Shown: positions 47,214 through 58,017 of the stretch, one piece after another
Position numbering within the stretch: position 1 is the stretch's first letter
How the letters are laid out: every line of letters begins with the position of its first letter
Origin: Magallana gigas
Taxonomy: Eukaryota
Direction of reading: 5' to 3'
Assembly (NCBI RefSeq): GCF_963853765.1
Contig: NC_088859.1
Coordinates: 16,368,001-16,432,000, forward strand
DNA length: 64,000 nt
The notes under the pieces: model-generated
Databases searched by the model: none
What the model saw: the letters and a program-made list of their open reading frames with translations, nothing else
What the model was told of the DNA's origin: nothing
Translations under genes and position numbers: made by a program

Positions 47214-49133
47214 ATGGCATCGGTGACATCAACAATCACAGAAGAATTTCTGACTTGCTCCATTTGTTTTGAAATTTACAAGGACCCCAAAACACTTCCA
47301 TGCCTGCATTCTTTTTGCAAAGACTGCATCAATAACCTACGACAAGAGAAAGCTGGTAAAAACAGTTATCCATGTCCAATTTGTAGAGAAGTGTTTCAAC
47401 TTCCTACAGAGGGCGCAGACGATTTAAAAACAAATTTCTGTTTAAAAAACCTAATCGATTTTGTCACTTCAACGAAAGAAGTCAAAAAGCTATGCTCATT
47501 TTGCCGTATAAAAGGTGAAAACATTGACGCTACATCTCTGTGTCTGACATGTAATGATTTACTTTGTCCAGAATGTGCAGATCATCGACACAGATCAACA
47601 ACATTAACCTTTAATCACCGAGTTGTCCCCCTTGCCGAGGTGACAGCTGGGAAATATAACGATGAGATTCGTTCAAAACAACAAATTCCATGCTCGAAAC
47701 ACGAAGGAGAAGACCTGAAATTCTTTTGTGAAACTTGTGACGTTCCAGTTTGTCGAGATTGTATTGTTCTTGGTCACCAAAACCACAAGTGCTTGGCTCC
47801 ATCGGATGCAAGACAACATATGGATGAAAATCTGAGCTCTCTGATGGATTTGTTAAACCAAAAAATAAAAACATTCCAAGATGCGAAAGAAGAAGTTGTT
47901 TCTTCTCAGAAAAAAATTGAGACGGAAAAAAAGAAAGTTAAAGAAAATTTGGAAAGGCAAACGAGTGCCTTAATTAAAAAGATTACTGATTCAAAAAAGG
48001 CAGTCGAAGAAGAATTTAACCAGTTTGTAAAGTCAAAGCAAGATATTTTATATCAACAAGAAGCATCTATCGAATCGGAAAGAAAGCTACTAAATGAAAC
48101 TTATTCTTTTTGCAGTAATATCTTAAGATGTGGAAGCGATATTGAGGTTCTTTCAATGAAAACGGATATGAAGGAACGTTTATCAAAATTACAATCTTCA
48201 AATGATTCAGAACTATGCGATATAAAGGGGATAGTTCTGCCAGACATCCAGTTTTGCAGCGAAAGGACCATCTTTAAAATGGTAGTAAAAACGAACGAAA
48301 CAGAATCGAGCAAACTAAAATCGCAAAGCAATGCAGTGGTTGCAAAAGAACATAAAGAGGGATCCGATAAAAAGGATGAAACAACTATTAAAGGCTTTCA
48401 GGACCAACAAGAGACCAAAAAGCCGAATTACACAAGTGTAGCTTGGATAGATGAAGATACGATAGTTGTTGTGGACCAAAGAAATCAAAAGCTTAAAATT
48501 ATTTCAAGAGGAAAAGGTGTGGCCATGACGGCATTCTTTAAAGATTGTTTCATGGTTACTTCTTTTAAAAATGGGATAGCGTGCAGATCAGAAGGAAGCA
48601 CAATGCACGTTTTCAGTAGTTCACTAGAGCTACGGAAAACAATTTCTTCAGTTTCGACTTTACTGACTTGTCATCCCAAATCTTCTGAAATATGCTGGCT
48701 TTCTGGGTTAAAGAAAATATGTATACTGACAGGTAATGACGTTAAGGAGATCGCCATTTACGACCCGTACACAGACTCTAATTTAAGTAATCCCATGTTT
48801 GGTCACGTGCTTCTTGACGGAACGTTTGCAGTTTCGGATTGGGATAAAGAATGTATTTTTCTTATAGGGAGTTCGGGGCGTATTGCAAGAAGAAAATATA
48901 TTTATCCCAACACAAAGCCCGGACCAATTTTTTCAGATTCGAACTTTAAACTTTATGTGTGTGACTCTCATAAAAGCGTTATAGTGATTATAGCACAAAA
49001 TGGAGAGACGTTGCGTTCAGTTTATACTGGAAATACCGCACCATATCCAAAAAGTATTGCCATAAGAAATGAAATAGCTTTGATAGCAAGTGGCTTAACC
49101 TTTGTTGAAACTGAGCTGAAATCAGTTGATTAA
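47214..49133 (+). CDS. TRIM E3 ligase, copy 1 (RING-Bbox1-Bbox2-coiled coil-degenerate NHL/beta-propeller), 639 aa, intronless CDS
   Basis: C3HC4 RING (CSIC..PCLHSFCKDC..CPIC) and two B-boxes (CSFC..CLTC..CPEC..H..H; CSKH..CETC..CRDC..H..H). True ATG placed at 47214, after acceptor ttttcag at 47202, by alignment with copy 2; the track ORF extends into the intron. Confidence 0.92.
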   Translation: MASVTSTITEEFLTCSICFEIYKDPKTLPCLHSFCKDCINNLRQEKAGKNSYPCPICREVFQLPTEGADDLKTNFCLKNLIDFVTSTKEVKKLCSFCRIKGENIDATSLCLTCNDLLCPECADHRHRSTTLTFNHRVVPLAEVTAGKYNDEIRSKQQIPCSKHEGEDLKFFCETCDVPVCRDCIVLGHQNHKCLAPSDARQHMDENLSSLMDLLNQKIKTFQDAKEEVVSSQKKIETEKKKVKENLERQTSALIKKITDSKKAVEEEFNQFVKSKQDILYQQEASIESERKLLNETYSFCSNILRCGSDIEVLSMKTDMKERLSKLQSSNDSELCDIKGIVLPDIQFCSERTIFKMVVKTNETESSKLKSQSNAVVAKEHKEGSDKKDETTIKGFQDQQETKKPNYTSVAWIDEDTIVVVDQRNQKLKIISRGKGVAMTAFFKDCFMVTSFKNGIACRSEGSTMHVFSSSLELRKTISSVSTLLTCHPKSSEICWLSGLKKICILTGNDVKEIAIYDPYTDSNLSNPMFGHVLLDGTFAVSDWDKECIFLIGSSGRIARRKYIYPNTKPGPIFSDSNFKLYVCDSHKSVIVIIAQNGETLRSVYTGNTAPYPKSIAIRNEIALIASGLTFVETELKSVD

Positions 49134-50064
49134 TTTAAGTTTATAGTTCACTTCTGGAATTTCTATTCTATTTTAACGCTATTGATATTGAACATTTATT
49201 TTGAAATTGTATCAAGTTATACCACTATGGTATATTTGAGTTGTATTGTACAATGACTTTATAAAGAATCGGTTTTAAATCGTTGTCTTATCATTCATCA
49301 CAGACCAGAAAAACATGAAATAAAATATAAAACAAATGCAGAAAAGGTATATTATTATAATGATATAATCCTTTGTTTTCTCAGTGAATTATTGAAAAAT
49401 GTGGGTTTAGGTGACCTGAGTCGCCAATACCAGTGCATCATTTTTAAATTCGGTCGTAAAAATAGCCTATTTGTCTGAACAAAATTATTAAATTATCAAG
49501 GAATTCGTTCGAATACATGTTTTATTACCTTAGCCTTCACTTCGCCGTGTATATATAAAGAGGAACTGTGCTATTAATACCGTAATGAAATTGAAGTTAA
49601 TTGAAGAATTCTTTTCATGCTGATTAACGACAACAAATATATATCAAGGTCTTAGATTTAGGAGGTGACAAGATTTGCGTTGTGATATTGTTTTGAACGA
49701 GCTGTCGATCGAAATTCAAGCAGTGCCTGGCATGTCCATAATTCTGAATCAAAACATTTTCTGTTGCGATATAAATACATGTCTTGAGATGAAAAAGTAG
49801 CAAAAAAAAAATACAATCGTTCAAATAATCACTAATTCAAGTTATGAACGGTCTCAAAAACTATGGGTGATAAAAATTTCATGATGGAGTACGCTACATC
49901 AACATTGTAAACTTTAAATTACTTTATTGATTATTTTTTCTACACATTATCCAAAGTGCACTATAGAGAAAAAGAAAACGTCATACATACACGTACAACA
50001 GCGAATGACGTGTAATTTCTGTAACGTATATGCCGTTTGTAAGTTTTGTATAATGGTTTTTCTG

Positions 50065-50070
50065 TTTTTA

Positions 50071-50110
<40 letters not shown>

Positions 50111-53012
50111 ACACATTTTGTTCGTCGTCCCTCTGTCCGTCCGTCTGTTTGTCCGTCTGTAAACTTTTTACATTTTGAACTTCCTCTGTAAAACCGCTGC
50201 TAATTTCAACTAAATTTGGCACAAAGCATCCTTATGGTAAGGCGAATATAAATTGCAGAAATGAAAGACCGATCTTTATTCAAAGCGGAGAAAACCTCGA
50301 AACTGTAGAAAAAGGGGGGTGTATTTTAAAAATCTTCTCAAGAACTACTGAGTAAAATTCAACGTAATTTAGCATAAATAATCCTTATGTAAAGGAAAAT
50401 ATAAATTGGAAACATTATGGACTTATTCTGTTTCAAATCTGAGTTATTACGAAAATAATAATAAAGGAAAGGCGTGTTTCAATCAGTTTATAGCTTCGGG
50501 TTCGGCATTCCATACGAGTCTTGGTAAAGGCCTGGGCAGATTGAGATTTTTCATTTTACGTCGATAATAATCAACCTATGTCATTAAAATTTTCAGGATA
50601 TGTTACAGACCGGTATATTTGTATTCGCTGTACAAGTAAATATTGATAGACATCAATGCGTATTTTGGAATTTATTGACGATTGTTGATATCAAAGTTGG
50701 TAAAATGGGTAGACAAACCCGGGTCGACATCTTACGGGTTTGTGGACTTATTTAAGAAAAAACTTAATAATTCATGTTTAATTTCATACTTCTAAAACAA
50801 GGTTCTTTGTTTAAAGCAGTCATGATCTGAAAAAGATGAATTTGTTTGTTGTGCAACAGTTCGCGTGCGAAGGGAATCTTTGAAACATGCAAAATACATT
50901 GGTGCCGAATTTGTGAAGTCAATTGAGGTGAAACATATGACGATGGTGTTAGCTTGTTTTGATTTTCGTTTCGTTTTCATTCTTTATGCTTTGTAACCTG
51001 GGAACTATTGCCTGTATTTTGTAATCTTTACGTACATCAAATCAAACAGAGACTTCGATCGGTAAATCAGACAGTTTACCTGCGCAAATTAAGCAAAATC
51101 TGATGTATTAACAAAGTATTAAAATACAATTTATTCTATCGGTAATTCGGTATGATCATTTGCGTAACGGTTGAATAATGCAATGTGTTTTGTTGAGATG
51201 CTCAGCATTTTCTCGAGTTTATTCAGTTTAAATAGAGTTTAATATCGCTGACGGAAATATGTAGGTATATATATGATTCTTTTTAAAAAATAAATTGTGC
51301 TTTTTATTTTTTATAGTGCATGTTTCTTATGTTTACTAACCATATTTGAATGTTAAGCTTTGAATTATAAGCAAGATACTGAGCTTTGCTCACAATTCTA
51401 TGTTTGTACACAGATCTGAGGCCAATTTTTGGTTTCCATGTGAAATGCTGAATAGGAAATACCAAGTGTTTTTTTTATAGATTTATTCATTATATCAGTT
51501 TTACATCAAATAAAACAAACAAAGGTAACATCAACAAAATATAGAATATACATATAGAAGTAGATTCTCTAAATTGATTTTACAAAATTTTGGAAAATTC
51601 TATAGTCTACGTATGAATTGTGACTTTTTAAAACAGAAGCATAGAATACAGTAGATACCTTTACATGGTTCAAAATATTATAATTTGTTTCTTCTAAGGA
51701 ATGTACCCGACAATACATCTTATATTTATAAATTATGTATGCTATAAATGAAATGAGGGTATTCAATGATACAATTTTTCTATTTTGTTCATGAAAAAAA
51801 ACCTAGAAGTACATGTTTCTACTTAATATCAATTTTAGTGTAAACATTTAAAGCATTCCATATTTCAAATACATTATCACATTCAAAAATAAGATGCAGG
51901 AAATACCAAGTTAAAAATCTTAAGCTGAATGTTATAAACTCATGTGAACAAAATATTACTCAAACCTAGCAGAATTGTGAACTCTTTATCTTGCTTATAA
52001 TTCTACGATTGACGCTGAAATTTTGGTTGATCATTAGAAATGTCTCGCTAAACGTTAAGTACTTGTAAAAAAAAATTAAAGTATGATATGCTGTAACTAT
52101 TCTCTGGGGGCCCCTCTTTATAAAATGAATAATATGAAATCTACATCAATTTTGAAAGTTTTTCAGACACGAGTAAATAAAAACGACACCGTTAAAACAG
52201 TTTCAATAGCTCTGTCACATTTCTGTTATGGGGATAAAGGCATTATCGCGTTTCCTAAGAAAATATTACAGTGGAAAATTATCCAAGTTTGTAGTCATTT
52301 GTTATTTTTTAATAAAGATAAAAATAATGGGTGGGCCTTAGTAAAAAAAAGATTGATATGCCCGCCAATACATTGATTTTAAGCTCTTTAACATGTCACG
52401 TGACAATATTTTTCATTCCATTGTATTCATCAATCAACTGTGAGTAAGGTTATAAAAGTTACACGAGTTTACGCCAGGTAAACAACAGTCGTTTAACCAT
52501 AATGGGGAAGACAACTTAAATTTTTGAATGTTTTTAATTTGAGGAATTAAGCGCATTGAGGTACAATTTTCTTCTTCAAATCTATAGAATTTGTTTTAAA
52601 TGAAATACAATAACTATAAAAATTATTATATATTTTTTGAAAAATACAACAACTAGTAAGTAGTTGAGGAAGAAAATGTTCCTAAATGCTCTCATATATT
52701 TTTCGCTTTATAAAGTGGGGGAGAGGGGGGTGGGGGTGGTGCAGAACGGAAATGTAGGGAGTTAACAGTGTGCCCCTACCAAATGTTTAGTTTTATATCT
52801 TGCGTAGGATTTTCTTATTCTCGGTAAAAATGGTATTCCATAAAGGTACAATTTCAAAGACTACGTGTATTCAAAAAAGTGTAAAATTCAAACACTTTAC
52901 AATATTTATAATTTGTTATTCTACCGAGGGGCCATATGGCACAATATCTTTTGAACGCCCATTTAAAGTGATTGTTGCTCAGGTGAGCAATGTGGTCCCA
53001 TGGGCCTCTTGT
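50065..53012 (+). mobile_element. Helentron-type non-autonomous element ends about 2.95 kb apart (one element with cargo, or two fragments)
   Basis: 5' end ttattagctcacctgagctgaaagctcaagtgagc plus (gtcc) microsatellite at about 50065-50160. 3' end gctcaggtgagcaatgtggtcccatgggcctcttgt at about 52976-53012. Confidence 0.6.
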
Positions 53013-53585
53013 ATTTTTTTCCTTCGTTTTGTTATTGGTTTTGTTTGTTTGGTGTTTTTTGTTTTTGTATATGGCTACCTCACGTGCGCCAATGCATCTT
53101 CATCTGTATTGGGAAAATATGCTACAAGAGTTGACATCTTGTACGAATGAACGATCGACAAAATCGTAAAATCCAGCTCATGTCTCAAAACATCTGACGC
53201 ACTGGAAATGTAAAGCACCAATATTTGAGGGTTTGAGTACGAGTATGATTAAGGGGGGTGTAAAGCAATATTGTAGAAATGTGGACTTAAATGTTAACAT
53301 TTCTCGAACTTGCTTGTTTTTGCCTAAAAAGGATCAAAACTGTTGTCAAAAAATTTAAAAAAAACCCCAATAAATATGATGTTTTACATGATGTTTTTGC
53401 ATGTAAATATTCAACAAGTGTAGATGTTGCCTTTTTCACCACTTAGAACTGCTGTGGAACTGAGCAGCTGCAGACATATCCTGACGATGAAAAAAGAACA
53501 AAAAAGATACATCCTGCATAAAATAGTATAGTCTGTTTCACTATTGATGCTATTACTAGGTCAGGCGCGGATCGAAAATTAATCC

Positions 53586-54041
53586 TTAAGGTCAGACGAC
53601 ACGTTCCTCGAGAATCTTTTTTGTATCTCCTCGTAATAAAGAGTTCCAATAAAAATTATTAATTTTATAATTACTTTAAAAATGATCAAAAATTACTTCA
53701 ACATGGTTATATGTGTACTTGGTCGAGTGGTTAGAACCGTGGCCGCTCTCTGCCAAAAGCGTATAGGTTCTAGAGGTCGTGAGTTCAAAGCCCCGCCCCG
53801 GCGGAGATATAGTTCTAGTTTAGTGAATTTTGCTGTGCTGTAGATGTATTTATTTTATATCAGCAATTCAAGTGTATTTTCAAGAAGATTATAAAGGAAA
53901 TTGCATACTCTAGTATTTTGCAGAAATGCCTGGTAAGGTACCCTAATTTTTTGCAAGAAAGCTTGTCAAAGTAGTAGTAAACCATTAACAAATTCCTGGA
54001 AAAAGTTATCTAAAATTGAGGAACGTGTCGTCTGACCTTAA
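53586..54041. mobile_element. Kolobok-like MITE (TTAA TSD) containing a tRNA-like A/B-box segment
   Basis: TTAA-ggtcagacgacacgttcctc ... gaggaacgtgtcgtctgacc-TTAA perfect 20-bp TIR. Internal tggtcgagtgg (53720) and gagttcaaagcc (53781). Confidence 0.85.
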
Positions 54042-54601
54042 GGGGGATCGGTACTTAGCATGTTAATTGTTGCAACAGCAGAAAAAAACCTATATTTTCA
54101 ATTGTCACATTTATTTCTAGAACTCCACCAATGAATGAAGATAAATTTTAAAATCAATAAACGTTTAGATTTTATATTTGACTAGTACGTACCTAGATTC
54201 CAGGAAATAGACTGTAAACACGAGGCATGATTTTACTGCAAAACTGAAACAGGGTAAAACAAAACCACATGCTCTATATTTAGATGACAATAACATTCGC
54301 AGAGGTGATACATGTGTCGGAAAAGGGTAAACATCGTTTTGGCGTACTGTATTAGGCAATAAACCTTTTTAGAATATGTGACTCAATTTTTTTTTCATTT
54401 AAAAAAATACATTACGTCAAATAATATCTATACTTTGGCAAATCAAAGAATAAGTGTCTGATTTTATTTTGATTAAGAAAGATAGCTAGTAGATACTAGT
54501 AACTAGCGAAAATATAATGTTGGTGAATGGGTCAAATCGGCGATGTAACCGTGAGATTTGTACATAGCCTGGCAGTATTGATGCTATAGTTATTATATAA
54601 A

Positions 54602-55065
54602 TCCTATTCCCAGTCCACAGATGTCTTCTGGAATGACGGGTTAACATATATCTGTCGATTGAGAGGAAATAGCAATTCACTTTCAACACGCACAATCGGG
54701 TTTAGGTGTTCCAATGTACGGTCATGTACTTCTAAATGAAATGTTTGCAGTTTCTGATAGGGAGAAGCGCTGTGTTTTTATCATAAGAAAATCAGGATAT
54801 ATTGAAAGAAGAAAACCCATTGATTTTAAACCTGTCTCAATTTCCTCTGAGTCTAACAAAAATCTTTACATTGTATGTTTGTGAATTCCACAGGAGCCTT
54901 GTGGTGGTTTTTACGTTAAACAGAGACACGTTACGGGCAATTAAAATCGGAGGAATTGCATCAAATCCCAGAAGTATTTTAAAATATATTGCTATAAATA
55001 ACGACAAGAAGGCTTTAATTGCAAGTAGACACTTCATTGTTGAGGTTGATGCAAATGAATTTTAA
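54602..55065 (+). pseudogene. Frameshifted TRIM C-terminal (beta-propeller) pseudogene fragment
   Basis: Three frame segments, DVFWNDGLTYICRL / EEIAIHFQHAQSGLGVPMYGHVLLNEMFAVSDREKRCVFIIRKSGYIERRK..KPVSISSESNKNLY / LYVCEFHRSLVVVFTLNRDTLRAIKIGGIASNPRSI..KKALIASRHFIVEVD*, align colinearly with the C-termini of both intact TRIMs. Confidence 0.85.
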
Positions 55066-55995
55066 TACTAAGTTTCTGATACACAAGAAGGGAAGGGGTG
55101 TTTCAAAGCAGATAATCTGGACATTTTCCATTTTAGTGAATGAAGGTAGTTTGAGCACAAAGGTATTATGAATATCGAAATATGAAGCGAAAAGTGGTGG
55201 AAGCAAAATCTCGGGACAGAGTATACCTATTATCAGTTTACTGGCAAGACCATCAACAAGCACATGTTTATGTACAATGTGATGATTCGTTAATATAAAA
55301 ATATATCAAGAAGCTTAGATTATTTTTCATGATTGTTTATCATACGTTTAAATGTCGTTAAACGATATGAATATCACCGCAAATGACCTACACTTTGGAT
55401 ATCTGAAGGTCACCAGTGAAAATCTCGTTTGGGAGACTCGTTCGTTTATCATTTGGAACTAAACTTATTTCTGATGCATGCAACGCATAAACAATTTCCT
55501 GAAAATAATGGCTTTTTTCCAGAAAATCGTCACAGTAAATTAAAAACACTGTCGCTTCTAAATATGGGGCTCAGGACTTTGCAGACTATACACTATAGCT
55601 ATTAAAAAATGACACGACAGATTCACAGACATTTGCTAAAATAGGTTGAAAATACAGTATTAACTATAGTTTTCAAAGTGTTAACTATAGTTAATGGATC
55701 TGGATCTGATAAACTTTGTCTAATGCTTATAAACTGTACTTTACGTTTGTAAATATGTGATTCTCTGTTTGTAAATAAACATAGTTATAAATAAACATAT
55801 AAATAATAGTTTTGTGCGAAAAGTATAGTTAAGAATCGAAAAATAAGGTTTCACAGAAATTAGTACATATCCAATAAAAAAAATCATATTCTGTCGTTAA
55901 ACTGTATCTCAAATGTTAATTGGGCGCGATATAATCTTTAAAATCTGAAAACCGTAGTTTTTAAATTGTGAAAAGATCAAATAAAAAATGGTTTG

Positions 55996-55997
<2 letters not shown>

Positions 55998-56041
<44 letters not shown>
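55998..56041. repeat. (TA)n microsatellite
   Basis: Uninterrupted TA run. Confidence 0.95.
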
Positions 56042-56046
<5 letters not shown>

Positions 56047-58017
56047 CAATATACATGTAAAGTGCTTATATGTAAAACAAATACAACGTTATTTTATAAA
56101 ATTGTCCCCTAAAGGCTTCCATAGTATAAAGTTCACTGAGATTAGCGCCAAAGCAGTACAGATCATTTGAAAACAAAAGTTACCATGGAGTATATTACTT
56201 GAAATGCTCTCAGGTAATGTCATTTACTTGTTCGATGTTTCAGTTAGAGGAATTGTGTCATTTCAAAAGTATCTTATGAGCGAAACGTTATCTTATTTAA
56301 AAAAACAGAGTAAAGTTTTGATTGTGGTATAAGATGTTAAGTCTGTATGTTATGTATGGCATTTCAAGAGCAATATATATGATCAATGTAATGTGTATAC
56401 ATTGATCATACATATCATTTGACCCAATATCCAAAAGATAACCCGTACGTCGATGATGCCAGTATTTCTTTGTTTACAAACAAAGAATCCATGTCGGATA
56501 CGTGACATGAAGGGTGTATGCAGGTATGTATTCGCCGTGCGCTATATACCCAATTAAACTCCTGACATCTAAATCTAGTCGGTATTAACCTTTAAAATTT
56601 AATATACTTTTGGCGTGCGTCACACATGGTGTATGTCTTCCTACTTTTATATCCCTAAATGGTACCCCAATATGCTGTTTTTGATTAAAACAGGAAGTTT
56701 GTACTGATAAAGTCAGTAAAACTGCTGAATTTCCCTATTCTATTTTTGTGAAGTTTTTATGATTCCAATTAAAGACATCACTTACAAGTATAACCTGTAT
56801 ATATGATTGCGTCAAAGGAATAAAGTAAGAGAATATGAATGAAATAGAATACCACTTGTTTACCTAATCGATATATGGCCCAAAGTTGAGAAATATAAGG
56901 ATCGATGTGCAAAACATGGTGACGAAATCGGAGATATTATTAAATAATTGTACTTTAATAGACCATGTAATAATATTTTTGCAGTGACATCGTCAAAAAT
57001 CGAGAAAGAAAATTCATGAAAACTAAAATACAACTTAAGAGACATTTGAATTGGTTAGGCCACTCGAGTACACTTAAACATAAATGCTTTCGTTGGTGAT
57101 TCAGGCAGGACATGATGATGGCGACTTGCAGAAAAAATTACATTAATATTTTTGTCGGACAAGTTCGCTATCTTCATAACCCCCCTGAATCATCGAAGAA
57201 AACATTTTATTGTTTATATTTACATCTTTCTCTTAACAAACTAATAACTTGATTGTAAAAAGAAAGTTGAATACCTAATTAATGTTAATGTACATCATTA
57301 CGTCAGCTAAAAGAAACAGTTAAATTGTCTCCAATTTGAGTCTGACATCATTATGATTATTTCTTGCAGTCCCTGATTTTTCTTAGGTCACTGCAGGTTT
57401 CAACCAATCGATAAATGGGATAAACGGGGCGTGTAGAGTTCAATCCTGTCAGTACCAGTCGCTGTAGGTTTCAATTAATTGATAAACGGGGTGTGTACAT
57501 ATCAGTCCTGTCAGTTTTTATAATGCTTTGAATTAACAATAACTTTGCGTAACAGATGGAGAGAATCATACTCGGTAGATGTAAATATTCTTTTTTAAAT
57601 ATCTGTGTTATATTTTTAAGTTTATTTCTTGCAAAAATTGGCGTAAATAAAAGCACACTATATAGGTTTTTTTTAATGAAATTCCGATCCTTTTAAGAAT
57701 TAGCTAATATAATATATTATTTGAAATGTTAGTATAAAAACTAATCAAGAAGCTCAAATTATTTTTCATGATTGTTTATCATACGTTTAAATGTTGTTAA
57801 ACGATATGAATATCACAGCAAAGGACGAATATAAAAAAGGGATCGAATACAAAATGAGCATGTTGATAATAAGATGTAATATTAAACGATACCACAGTCC
57901 TTTGAAGAACAATTAGTGAACGGATAAAACATAACTCAAATTAAAATGCACTTACATGAAATATTCTTTATTATGATATATTTAAAATTTTAACATGTAT
58001 TTGCAGAACAAAAAATA

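Noticed and set aside
45812-56041. (TA)n tracts upstream of both TRIM copies as homologous parts of the duplication
   Set aside because: Flank alignment places the copy 1 tract opposite about 56395, not 55998, so the tracts arose independently.
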